Source: a virus
Length of the DNA: 64,000 nt
Strand: one strand, 5' to 3'
IMG/VR virus record: IMGVR_UViG_3300036818_000105
Location: 60,492 to 124,491 of that record
Part shown: piece by piece, positions 18,266-27,804 of the stretch
Layout of the letters: each line of letters starts with the position of its first letter
How positions within the stretch are numbered: position 1 is the stretch's first letter
The notes under the pieces: model-generated
Database searches by the model: none
Seen by the model: only the letters and a program-made list of their open reading frames with translations
Told to the model about the DNA's origin: nothing
Made by a program: the position numbers and the translations under genes

Positions 18266-18715
18266 TTGGCCAAGTTCAACGCGGCCGGCGTTGTCGAGGG
18301 CCTCGACTACGAGTTCGAGGCGTTCGTGCCCGGCTGCAACGGCACCATCAGGGAACCGACCGACACCCAGATCACGGCGTTCCTCACCGAGCGGCAGAAG
18401 ATCAACGCGGAGGCCCGCCGGCAGATCGAGGCGGCCGGGAAGGCGATCGAGGCGGCCGGGGAGTCCGGCAACCCGGAAGAGGCCATCGCCGCCCTCGACG
18501 ACACCGAGGCCGCCCTGGAGATGCACCGGCGGACGGCGGACGCCTACGCGGCGCTGTGCTCCGGCGCCCCGTCGGCGGCCGACATCCTCCGGCTCCCGAT
18601 GCGGATCCGCGTCCTGTTCTACGCCTGGCTCAGCAAAGAGGTGATGAACCCGGAAGCCGTGCCCGGCGGTGGGAGCTCGCAGGTGAAGACCCTGCGGTCC
18701 GTAGCCGCCGGGTAA
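18266..18715 (+). CDS. Tail assembly chaperone (G-like)
   Basis: TTG start; GTIREPTD..I, CSGAPS..IL.LP.R....F..WL; between tail tube and TMP. Confidence 0.75.
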   Translation: MAKFNAAGVVEGLDYEFEAFVPGCNGTIREPTDTQITAFLTERQKINAEARRQIEAAGKAIEAAGESGNPEEAIAALDDTEAALEMHRRTADAYAALCSGAPSAADILRLPMRIRVLFYAWLSKEVMNPEAVPGGGSSQVKTLRSVAAG

Positions 18716-18972
18716 TCCTCTACGCCGTCCGCAAGTACCTGCAGATCTGGCCGGACGAGTGGGCGGACCTGTCGTGGGACCTGAGGGAGATGTACCTGGA
18801 CGGCCTGAGCGAGGACGAGAGCGTGCCGTTCCGCCTTGAGCGGCGGGCGGTCCCGGCGGCCGGGGCCGGCGGCCCGAAGGTCCGCAAGGTGGCCGGCGGC
18901 GCGGACGTGATCGACATCGGCGCGATGATCGCCGACCTGGAGGCCAACCCGGCGGCGCGCAGGCGCCAGTAG
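18650..18972 (+). CDS. Tail assembly chaperone -1 frameshift extension (GT-like)
   Basis: Overlapping -1 frame ORF without a good start (LYAVRKYL..WPDEW.DLSW). Confidence 0.65.
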
Positions 18973-18987
18973 AGGGAGGTGTGAGCG

Positions 18988-21900
18988 GTGGCCTTTGACG
19001 CGGGTGCCATCGAGGCGCGCCTCACCGTTGACACCTCGGCCGCCGACCGGGACCTCGACACGTTCGAGGCCAGGGTCAGGGCGCTTGAGGGCGACCACAG
19101 GGTCAAGATCACCGCCGACCTGGACACCTCGTCCCTCGGCCGTGCCCGGCAGATGTTCGCGGACCTGGACAACAGCATCTCCAAGGACGCGATGAACCGC
19201 CTGCGGTCAAGCCCGCAGGGATCGGTCCTCGGGGCGCTCAACGCCCTGTTCAGCCCGCACCCGGTGACGGGTGCCCCCTCGGCGCAGCAGGCGGCGAGCC
19301 AGGGCCTGCTGGGGCAGATGGTCGGCGACCAGGGCTCGGGCGGCACGCTGGCGCCCGGCACCAGCAACGGCGCGGGCGAGAACACCAGCGGGAGCAGCAG
19401 CGGCAACCTGGGCGGCGTCCTTAACCAGGCGCAGAACGAGTCCACCACCGACGACGTCCGCCAGGTGCTGCAGGGCAACGGGCCCGCCGACACCTCCACG
19501 ACCGACGACATCCGCCAGGTGCTGGAAGGCAGCACGCCGGGGAACCTCGCCACCACCGACGACATCCGGCAGGTGCTGGAGGGCAGCACGCCGGGGAACC
19601 TGTCCACCACCGACGACATCAAGCAGGTGCTGGAGGGCGCCAGCCCGTCCGACGTCACCACCACCGACAAGGTCAACCAGGAGCTTGCCGGGACGGGCCC
19701 GAAGGACACCACGACCACCGACGTCATCAAGCAGGAGCTCGAGGGCAACGGGCCGAAGGACAGCAGCACCACCGACACCGTCAAGGAGAAGCTGGACCCG
19801 TCATCGGCCGCCAAGACCGAGGCGGACGCCAAGGCCAGCGGCGGCCGGGCGGGAACCGGCTGGGGGTCGGCGTTCAGCTCGAGCGTCGGCGGGATCCTGT
19901 CCGGCCTGTTCGGCGGCGGCGGGGGCGGAGGGGAAGGCGGCGGAGGGGGCGGGGAGGACTCCAGCTTCCTCGACGAGGGCCTGCTCGGCGGGATCGGCCC
20001 CGGCATCCTCGGCATCAGCACCCTGAAGGCATCGCTTACCGGGCTGGTCAGCGCGGCCGTCGCCGCCCTGCCCGCGCTCGGCGGGGTCGCGGCCGGGCTG
20101 ACCGCGGTCGCCGGGGGCGCGGCGCTGCTGTTCACCAGCAACAGCCAGCTCAAGGCGCAGGCGTCGTCCCTGCTGGACAGCCTGAAGAGCGAGTTCACCG
20201 CCGCGGCCGCCCCGATGATCAAGCCGCTGCAGGACGCCCTGACGTCCCTGGGGCAGACGTTCAAGTCGGTCGGTCCCGAGGTCGGCCAGATCTTCTCCGC
20301 CGCCGCCCCGCTGATCATGCCGCTGACCGCCGGGCTGGAAGGGCTGGTCACCGGGCTGCTGCCGGGGCTGCTGACCATCCTGAAGTCCGTAGCGCCCGCT
20401 ATGGACGTGTTTGACCAGTTTATCGCGGACGTCGGCAAGGACCTGGGCGTCATGTTCGCCGACTTCGCGCCCGCCGTCGCCGACAGCTCAGTGATACTCA
20501 AGGCGCTGCTCGGCGTCGTGACCGGGCTGTTCCCCGTCCTCGGCGAGCTGGGGTCCACCCTGACCGGGGTGCTCGGGCCGGCCTTCACCGCCTTCGCCGG
20601 GGCCATCGGGGCACTGATGCCCTTTTTGTCCGGAATCGCCCAGATCGTCGGCCAGTTCGCGGGCGCGGTCCTCGAAGACCTCGGCGGCGCGCTGCAGCTC
20701 GTCGCCAGCCTCCTGAAAACAGTTTCGCCCGCCTTCGACACCCTGGCCACAACGCTCGGCAACGTGTTCAGCACCCTCGAGTCCAAGGGCGGGTTCGCGC
20801 AGCTCGGCGACGTCCTCGAAGGGCTGGCCGCCCCGCTCGGCAACCTCGTCACGTCCCTGGTCACCGGCCTCGCGCCCGCGATACCTCCCCTCCTGACCCT
20901 GTTCTCCGATTTCGTCAACGTGGCGTCGTCCGTCGCCGTCACGGTCCTGTCGGCGCTGATCCCGCCGCTGACCCAGCTCGCGGCCACCGCGCTCGGCGCG
21001 CTGGTCGCGGTCCTTCCCGTCGTGGTCCCGCTGGTCACCAGCCTCCTGACCTCCTTCACCACCGACGCGGGCAACGCCATCGTCACCATCGGCACCGCCG
21101 TGCTCAACCTTGCACAGGTGTCACTCGACGCGCTGCTCCAGGCCGCCCAGCCGCTCATTCCCGTCATCCTCGACCTGGTCACCGCCTTCACGCCGCTGCT
21201 CAACGTCCTGACCTCGGCCACGGCCAGCACCATCGCCGCCCTGGCCAGCGCCCTGGCGGCCATCGTCACCGCCATCCCGTCCGGGGTGCTGACCGGCGTG
21301 TCGGTGGCCGTGCTCGGGATCGTCGGCGGGTTCAAGCTGTGGGGGACCGCCGTCGCCGGGGTCAGCTCGGCGCTGAAAGCCCTTGACGTCACCTCCGCGG
21401 TCTCCGGCATCGCCAGCCTGTCGGGGGAGATCGGCGCGTTCGCAGCCGCCGCCGAGGGCGCCACCCTGGCGGAGAAGGGCATGCTCGCGGGCGAGCTGCT
21501 GATGGAGGCGGCCACCCCGTTCGGCTGGGTAGTGGCGGGCGGCGTGGCCCTGGTCGGCCTGGTCGCCCTGCTGCGCCAGACGACGGACGCCGCGCAGTCG
21601 GTGACGACCCAGTTCGCGCAGCAGGACGACGCCACCGGCTACAACATCTCCGGCTACCAGAAGCTCGCCCTCCAGCTGGAGATCCTGTCCGGCCAGTACC
21701 AGAAGCTGAACGCCGCCCAGTACGCCAGCGACCCGGAGTACGCGTCCACCGTCGCGAACCAGCTGTCCGCCGCCGCGCAGGCGGCCGCGGCAACGGCGGA
21801 AACGCTGCAGGCACGGCTCACCAGCCTCTCGCAGGGCCTCGGGGTGTCGCAGACCGTGATCGAGCAGTGGGCGAGCGCGGCAGGGGTCAGTGCCACCAAG

Positions 21901-23649
21901 TTCGCCAGCAGCGGCGAGAACGTGCAAGACCTGACCGACAAGATCGTCACCTACGTCAACAAGAACGCCTCCGCCGTCACCTCCACGGCGTCCCTGGCCA
22001 CCAACATCGACATCTTCGGCAACGACGTGTTCAGCGCTACCACCCAGCTCGACGCGTTCAACGGCATCTGGAACACGCTCGTGGGCAACCTGCTGACCAA
22101 GCAGATGGCGGTCAGCCAGTCGGCGTCCGCGTTCCAGTCCCTGCAGGCGTCGATCAAGCAGAACGGGACGGCGTCCACCGCGACAGCGCAGAGCTTCCAG
22201 GCGTACATCGAGCAGATCGGCAGCTCGGTATCGACGCTGCTCAAGCAGGGCACCTCGATCGGGTCAGTCAACAGCTACCTCCAGGGCCAGATCAGCAACC
22301 TCAAGACCCTCGGTCCGCTCAACAAGTCCCAGCAGGCCGACCTCAACGGGCTCATCGCCGTGCAGGCCAGCCTCGCCAACAGCACCAAGGGCCTGTCCGC
22401 CAACCAGCTCACCTACATCAGCCAGGTCGAAGGCCACGTCATCCCCGACCTGCAGAAGATGCACGCCGACACGCCGCTGGTCAACACCGACATCGCCAAC
22501 CTGGCCAACTCGATCGCCCAGACCGGGACCAAGAGCGCCAGCACCGAGTCCGACCGGGCACAGCTGATCAAGGACCTGGAGAGCGCCGGGGCCACCGCCC
22601 AGCAGGCCACCACCCTCGTCAACGGCCTGACCACCTCCCTCGGCAAGGTCCCCAAGAGCGTCACCTCCGGCGTCGCCGTCCGCCTGTCCGGGTCGGGCTC
22701 GGTCACTGCCGTTGTCACCGCCCCCGGCGTCGCCGCCGTCCAGGGCGGCGGGCAGATGGTCCTGGAAACAGCCGCCGCCGGCGGTTACGTCAGCGGGCCC
22801 GGCGGCCCCACCGACGACGTCATCCCCGCGTTGCTGTCCAACGGCGAGTACGTCATCCAGGCCAGCTCGGTCGACAAGTACGGCAAGGGGTTCCTCGACG
22901 AGCTCAACGCCCAGCGGTTCGCCTCCGGCGGCATCGCCGACCTCAGCGCGGCGGCCAGCTTCGCCGACAGCCAGGCCAACGCGTTCACCAGCTCGGACAG
23001 CCAGGCGTTCGTCAAGAGCCTCGTCGCTGCCTACGAGGCCGCGGCCAAGGCGGCAGCGGCCAAGGCGGCGGCGAACCTGAAGCCGACCGGGTCCGGGGCC
23101 ACCGTCGAGGCACTGATGCAGTCCATGGCCGCGAGCGTCGGGTGGACCGGGGCCGAGTGGACGGCCCTGGCGGAAGTCGAGGCACGTGAAGCCGGGTTCT
23201 CGCTCACGGCAACCAACCCCAGCAGCGGCGCCTACGGGCTCGCGCAGTTTATCGACGGGCCCTCAGAATACGCGCAATACGGCGGCAATTCAACAACTGC
23301 GGCGGGCCAAATTACCGCAATGCTGAATTATATATCCAGTCGCTACGGCGATCCAATTGCGGCCGAAGCGCACGAAGTCGAATACGGCTGGTATGACAAT
23401 GGCGGCTACCTAAAGCCCGGTTACACCCTGGCCTACAACGGCACCGGCAGGCCCGAGCCGGTTACCCCCGCCGGCGCGGGCGGGGCGTCGATCAGCGACC
23501 TCTCCGCCCGCCTCGACCAGCTCCACGCCGACATGCGGGAGATGGTCAGCGTCACGCGGCAGGTCCCCGCCGGCGTGGGCCAGCATGTCGGCAGCGCAAT
23601 CAACGGAGCCGCGCAGAACGCCTCATTCCGGTCACGGTACCCGCGATGA
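18988..23649 (+). CDS. Tape measure protein with C-terminal SLT-like lytic transglycosylase domain
   Basis: 1553 aa; FDAG.IEARL start, amphipathic repeats, GPGGPTDD.IPALLSNGEYVI, REAGF...NPSSGAYGLAQF...YISSRYGDP. Confidence 0.92.
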   Translation: MAFDAGAIEARLTVDTSAADRDLDTFEARVRALEGDHRVKITADLDTSSLGRARQMFADLDNSISKDAMNRLRSSPQGSVLGALNALFSPHPVTGAPSAQQAASQGLLGQMVGDQGSGGTLAPGTSNGAGENTSGSSSGNLGGVLNQAQNESTTDDVRQVLQGNGPADTSTTDDIRQVLEGSTPGNLATTDDIRQVLEGSTPGNLSTTDDIKQVLEGASPSDVTTTDKVNQELAGTGPKDTTTTDVIKQELEGNGPKDSSTTDTVKEKLDPSSAAKTEADAKASGGRAGTGWGSAFSSSVGGILSGLFGGGGGGGEGGGGGGEDSSFLDEGLLGGIGPGILGISTLKASLTGLVSAAVAALPALGGVAAGLTAVAGGAALLFTSNSQLKAQASSLLDSLKSEFTAAAAPMIKPLQDALTSLGQTFKSVGPEVGQIFSAAAPLIMPLTAGLEGLVTGLLPGLLTILKSVAPAMDVFDQFIADVGKDLGVMFADFAPAVADSSVILKALLGVVTGLFPVLGELGSTLTGVLGPAFTAFAGAIGALMPFLSGIAQIVGQFAGAVLEDLGGALQLVASLLKTVSPAFDTLATTLGNVFSTLESKGGFAQLGDVLEGLAAPLGNLVTSLVTGLAPAIPPLLTLFSDFVNVASSVAVTVLSALIPPLTQLAATALGALVAVLPVVVPLVTSLLTSFTTDAGNAIVTIGTAVLNLAQVSLDALLQAAQPLIPVILDLVTAFTPLLNVLTSATASTIAALASALAAIVTAIPSGVLTGVSVAVLGIVGGFKLWGTAVAGVSSALKALDVTSAVSGIASLSGEIGAFAAAAEGATLAEKGMLAGELLMEAATPFGWVVAGGVALVGLVALLRQTTDAAQSVTTQFAQQDDATGYNISGYQKLALQLEILSGQYQKLNAAQYASDPEYASTVANQLSAAAQAAAATAETLQARLTSLSQGLGVSQTVIEQWASAAGVSATKFASSGENVQDLTDKIVTYVNKNASAVTSTASLATNIDIFGNDVFSATTQLDAFNGIWNTLVGNLLTKQMAVSQSASAFQSLQASIKQNGTASTATAQSFQAYIEQIGSSVSTLLKQGTSIGSVNSYLQGQISNLKTLGPLNKSQQADLNGLIAVQASLANSTKGLSANQLTYISQVEGHVIPDLQKMHADTPLVNTDIANLANSIAQTGTKSASTESDRAQLIKDLESAGATAQQATTLVNGLTTSLGKVPKSVTSGVAVRLSGSGSVTAVVTAPGVAAVQGGGQMVLETAAAGGYVSGPGGPTDDVIPALLSNGEYVIQASSVDKYGKGFLDELNAQRFASGGIADLSAAASFADSQANAFTSSDSQAFVKSLVAAYEAAAKAAAAKAAANLKPTGSGATVEALMQSMAASVGWTGAEWTALAEVEAREAGFSLTATNPSSGAYGLAQFIDGPSEYAQYGGNSTTAAGQITAMLNYISSRYGDPIAAEAHEVEYGWYDNGGYLKPGYTLAYNGTGRPEPVTPAGAGGASISDLSARLDQLHADMREMVSVTRQVPAGVGQHVGSAINGAAQNASFRSRYPR
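19441..19790 (+). repeat. About 6 tandem 60-nt repeats in the TMP N-terminus
   Basis: (S/T)TTDD(I/V)RQVLEG..P 20-aa unit. Confidence 0.85.
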
Positions 23650-23742
23650 CGCTGAGCCCAGGTCCTACCGCCAATCGCTTGATACATACTTACCTGCCCA
23701 TTCTAGCGGATTCGCTAGCAATTTCGGCTGTCACCGGGCGAG

Positions 23743-26700
23743 GTGACGGCTGAAATGTACGATTCCCTAGTGCTCGGCAATGTTGTTGAATTGCTGAACA
23801 ATAAGGCAGTCTCGACCAACCCCGCGTGCCCGGGCGCGATCTTCATGCTTCAGCCGGGCAGCGATCCCGGCGCGCCGCAGCCGACGACTGACTTCGTGGC
23901 GAGCCTGCTGCTCGACGGCGAACGCCCGTTCGGGAGACGTGCGAGCAATCGCACCATCAAGCTCCCGATTTGGATTACGGCACCGAACAGGCAAATTCTA
24001 GCCGCCGCTCGCGAAGTCCTCCAGCAAGTGATTGACCAGGACTATTACACAATTACATGGACCCGCGACCCAAGTAACGGCAATCCCGGCAATGTCGCGC
24101 TGCCCTTGATTTACGATTGCTTCCGCGCCGAGCCCAGCGTCCCGGTCTTTAATTCCCTCTTCGAGAAAGAAATTCTCGGCACGCAGATCGAGCTCACCAT
24201 CCCGGCGCTGCCCTACGGCCGGTCTGACACGCAGACTCAGGTGAGCTTCGCCGCCCCGGTCCCGGCCAACCCGCCTGTCCCGCCGCCGCCGACGTCGGTG
24301 GTGCTGGACAACTTCAGCTCGATCTCGTCGGTGCAGTGCTTCCAGAGCACCCAGTGCGTCGTCGGCCCGTACACGGCGTGCTGGGACCCGGACAGGTTCG
24401 GTGACCCGGGCGGGCAGGAGACCTCGTTCAGCTACGGGTCGGCGTTCGCTTCCCCGCTGAACCTGACGGACATGACGTCGCTCCAGTGCTGGCTCGGCCT
24501 GGGCAGCCGTTACTACGCGAACCTGGAGTTCCACGGCAAGACCCACGGCGTGTCGGTCTACATGACCCTGACCGATACCAGCGGGAACACGCTTTCCTTC
24601 TCGCGCGGGAACCTCCTCGTGCCGGTGTCGAACTCCGCGCAGGCCCCGGTGTTCTCCCGCCTCACCATCCCGGTCCCGCAGACGAGCTCCACATTCAACT
24701 ACGCGTCGGTTGCTTCCTACTCGCTTGAGATCATCAACCGGCAGGACCGGGTCCGGCGCCTGTCCTGGGTCACCGCCTACCTTGACGCCCTGACCGCCTA
24801 CCCGGGCAGCCAGTACGTGAGCCCGGTCGTGCGGGGCGCGATCTACACGCTCTACGGGGTGGCGGGGACGGCCAGGGCACCGGTGTCGATGTCGTTCCAG
24901 CAGGCGGCCTCCCCGGGCTCGTCGACGACGGTCACGGCCACGGGGCCGGGCACCTACACGGTCCCGGCGAACACCGCCTACCTCAAGGCGGAGTGCTGGG
25001 GTGGCGGCGGCGCGGGCGCGGGCATGACCGCGGCGGGAGTCGGCGCCGGAGGGGGCGGCAGCGAGCACGCGGCCGAGACCGTGTTCCCGGCCTCGGCCGG
25101 CCAGGTCATCCCCTACGCGGTCGGCCCGGGGGCGGCCGCCGGGGCATCACCGAACGGCGGCCAGGCGACGTTCTTCGGCCCGGCGCCGGGCGGGACGCTG
25201 CAGGTCACCGCGAACGGCGGCGGGTCGGTCGCCACGAACGGCACCACGGCCGGCCTCGGGGGGGCGGGGTCGCTCAACTCGGTTGAGTACCCGGGAGGGG
25301 CCGGGCGGTCCAACCCGGCCGGCACGTACGGGGGAGGGGGCGGTTCCTCGGCCGGGACGGCGTCGGCGGGCAATACCCCGATGGGCTCCGGGTCGGTGCT
25401 GTTCACCGCCGCCGGCACCTACTCGGGGTCCGGGTCCGGGTGGCTGTGCCCGGCGGGCGTCTTCCAGGTGCTCGCGGAGTGCTGGGGGGCGGGCGGCGGC
25501 GGCGCGAGCGGCAGCAACTCCGGCAACGGCGCGGGCGGCGGCGGCGGGGAGTACCGCAACGCCTTCGTCTCCGTCACGCCCGGCACCTACTACACGGTCG
25601 TGGTCGGGGCGGGAGGCTCGGGCGGGTCGTCTACCGGGAACGGCTCAGCGGGCGGCCTGAGCAGCTTCGCGGGCAACGGCTACACGGTCACCGCGCACGC
25701 GGGAGGCGGCGGCCAGGACACCGGCTACGGCGGGCAGGGCGGCGGCGGGTCGGGGGGGACGGGCACCACCGGGCACAACGGCGGGTCCGGCGGCAACTCC
25801 TACCCTTACACCGGCGGCGGCGGGTCCTCAGCGGGCCCGGACGCCCAGGGCAACTCCGGCGGGAGCCCCGGAGGGGCGATCGCCCCGGCGCAGGGCGGCA
25901 GCGGCGGCAGCGGGTCCGGCGCCCAGAACGGCTCGGGGCAGGCAGGGGCGGCGCCCGGCGGCGGCGGGGGCGGCTCGTACAACAGCGCCTACCCGGGCGG
26001 GGCGGGCGCGGCAGGCCAGGTCCGGATCACCTACCCGGCGACGACCGGCGCGCCGACGGCGGCGGGCGGGACCGCGGTCAGCGGCGGGGGCGCAGGCGGG
26101 GCGGGCGGCGCCGCGGCCGGGTCAGCCGGGTCGGCGGGGTCGGCCCCCGGCGGGGGCGGCGGCGGGGCTGACTCCTCGGGCAGCACGCTCGCGGGCGGGG
26201 CAGGCGGCAACGGGCAGATCCGGATCACCCCGTACGTGCCGAGCGCGTTCAGGTCCCTGATCGTCCACCGGCCGCCGCTGGGGACGCTGAAGACGTTCCA
26301 GCCGATGGTGTCCGTGGGAGGCGGCGGGGACCCGCCGGACGGGACCCACCAGTACACCATGCCGCAGCCTGTGACCGGCGTGAACGCCGACTTCGGCGGG
26401 ACGTACACGGTCTACCTGGTCAACGACACGTGGAGCGGCGGGAGCAGTTCCTCGACCGCCAGGACGATCACCGTGACCGTGACCCAGTACGAGTACGCGG
26501 GCGGTCCGGGCTACTCCGTCAGCACGCTTCCCGTCTCCGTGGCGCCGAACCAGGTCAGCAACGGGATCGTCACCGCGGGCGTGCTCACGCTCCCGGTCAA
26601 GGCGGTCGCGCCGGACAACCTCGGCGGCTACTACACGGTGTCCGTCACGGACTCCAACACGTCGGACCGGTTCTTCGACTGCATCTTCCTCGACACCATG

Positions 26701-26979
26701 GGCCAGACGGTCGTGATCAACGAGCCGAGCAGCGGATACGAAACGTATTACATAGATGCCCCTGATCCCAACGTGTCCCTGGGCCGGATCATGGGCAGCC
26801 AGAACGGCCGCCCTAACGCGATCAGCGTGATGGACAACACCCCGTACATCTCCGGCGGGCCGCTCTACGTCGAGCCCGCTGACGGGGACAACCAATTGCT
26901 CGTCTATTCCGCCGACGCCTCTGCGCCCAGCGTGTCCCTGAGTTATTACGCGGCGTACTACTTCGATCGCTATGAGTGA
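23743..26979 (+). CDS. Distal tail / minor tail protein with inserted glycine-rich domains
   Basis: N-terminal DGERP.GRRASNRTIKLP (Dit-like); two ECWG(G/A)GG Gly-rich blocks. Confidence 0.75.
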   Translation: MTAEMYDSLVLGNVVELLNNKAVSTNPACPGAIFMLQPGSDPGAPQPTTDFVASLLLDGERPFGRRASNRTIKLPIWITAPNRQILAAAREVLQQVIDQDYYTITWTRDPSNGNPGNVALPLIYDCFRAEPSVPVFNSLFEKEILGTQIELTIPALPYGRSDTQTQVSFAAPVPANPPVPPPPTSVVLDNFSSISSVQCFQSTQCVVGPYTACWDPDRFGDPGGQETSFSYGSAFASPLNLTDMTSLQCWLGLGSRYYANLEFHGKTHGVSVYMTLTDTSGNTLSFSRGNLLVPVSNSAQAPVFSRLTIPVPQTSSTFNYASVASYSLEIINRQDRVRRLSWVTAYLDALTAYPGSQYVSPVVRGAIYTLYGVAGTARAPVSMSFQQAASPGSSTTVTATGPGTYTVPANTAYLKAECWGGGGAGAGMTAAGVGAGGGGSEHAAETVFPASAGQVIPYAVGPGAAAGASPNGGQATFFGPAPGGTLQVTANGGGSVATNGTTAGLGGAGSLNSVEYPGGAGRSNPAGTYGGGGGSSAGTASAGNTPMGSGSVLFTAAGTYSGSGSGWLCPAGVFQVLAECWGAGGGGASGSNSGNGAGGGGGEYRNAFVSVTPGTYYTVVVGAGGSGGSSTGNGSAGGLSSFAGNGYTVTAHAGGGGQDTGYGGQGGGGSGGTGTTGHNGGSGGNSYPYTGGGGSSAGPDAQGNSGGSPGGAIAPAQGGSGGSGSGAQNGSGQAGAAPGGGGGGSYNSAYPGGAGAAGQVRITYPATTGAPTAAGGTAVSGGGAGGAGGAAAGSAGSAGSAPGGGGGGADSSGSTLAGGAGGNGQIRITPYVPSAFRSLIVHRPPLGTLKTFQPMVSVGGGGDPPDGTHQYTMPQPVTGVNADFGGTYTVYLVNDTWSGGSSSSTARTITVTVTQYEYAGGPGYSVSTLPVSVAPNQVSNGIVTAGVLTLPVKAVAPDNLGGYYTVSVTDSNTSDRFFDCIFLDTMGQTVVINEPSSGYETYYIDAPDPNVSLGRIMGSQNGRPNAISVMDNTPYISGGPLYVEPADGDNQLLVYSADASAPSVSLSYYAAYYFDRYE

Positions 26980-26988
26980 CGGGACGCG

Positions 26989-27786
26989 GTGATGAGGAAA
27001 CTGGCCCTGCTCGGGATCGCCCTGCTCGCCGCTTACGTCGGCACGCGGGCGCTGAGGCGCAACGCCGAGGTCATCCAGCTGGTGTGCGCGCTGATCGGCA
27101 TGACCGCCACCGCCAGCCTGGCGAACACCCCCAAGGCGCGCTCGGTCGAGGACCGGCTCAACTCCCTGGTACCCGTCGTCTTCCCCAACACCGGCGGCAC
27201 GGTCAACGGCTCCATGACGGTCACCGGGAACCACACCGTCAGCGGCAACTCCGTGGTCGGCGGGCAGATCAACGGGTCCGGCGGGGCCCTGGAGAACAGC
27301 AGCGGCATCCACTCCAGCGGGGTCATCGAGGCCGATAACGGCATCAGCACCTCCGTGGTCACCGCGAGCAGCGGCAGCACGAACGAGTTCTCCGGCGCCA
27401 TTCACTCCAGCGGCACCGTCGAGGCCGACAACGGCATCAGCACCGGGGGAAGCGTCAGCGCCAGCGGGGGCGGCACCAACGAGTTCAGCGGCGGGATCCA
27501 CACCGGCGGGGACTCGGTGACCGACGGGGACCACACCGTCGGCGGCACCCTGACGGTCAACGGCGGCTCCACGGCCGAGATCAACCCGAGCGTGCACATC
27601 GGCGGCAACCTCGTGGTCGACGGCAGCATCAGCGGCAGCGGGTCCGGGGGCGTAACGGGAGGCCAGGCCGGGGTGTCGACCGTCTCCGCCGCGCCCAGCA
27701 GCTACAGCCAGTCGACCATGACCACGTACGCCTCGGCGATCAACGGGATCATCGCCCGGCTCGAGTCGTCCGGGCTCATCGGCTAG
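26989..27786 (+). CDS. Minor tail / fibre-like protein with beta repeats
   Basis: Repeats of NEFSG.IHSSG.VEADNGIST; C-terminal AINGIIARLESSGLI. Confidence 0.65.
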   Translation: MMRKLALLGIALLAAYVGTRALRRNAEVIQLVCALIGMTATASLANTPKARSVEDRLNSLVPVVFPNTGGTVNGSMTVTGNHTVSGNSVVGGQINGSGGALENSSGIHSSGVIEADNGISTSVVTASSGSTNEFSGAIHSSGTVEADNGISTGGSVSASGGGTNEFSGGIHTGGDSVTDGDHTVGGTLTVNGGSTAEINPSVHIGGNLVVDGSISGSGSGGVTGGQAGVSTVSAAPSSYSQSTMTTYASAINGIIARLESSGLIG

Positions 27787-27804
27787 GCGAGGTGACGTGA
27801 CGCC

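Noticed and set aside
19441-19790. CRISPR array
   Set aside because: In-frame 60-nt coding repeats without unique spacers; no cas genes
18720-21635. Long antisense ORFs (also 184..1545, 26122..28233 and similar)
   Set aside because: Shadow ORFs of high-GC coding strands with no motifs
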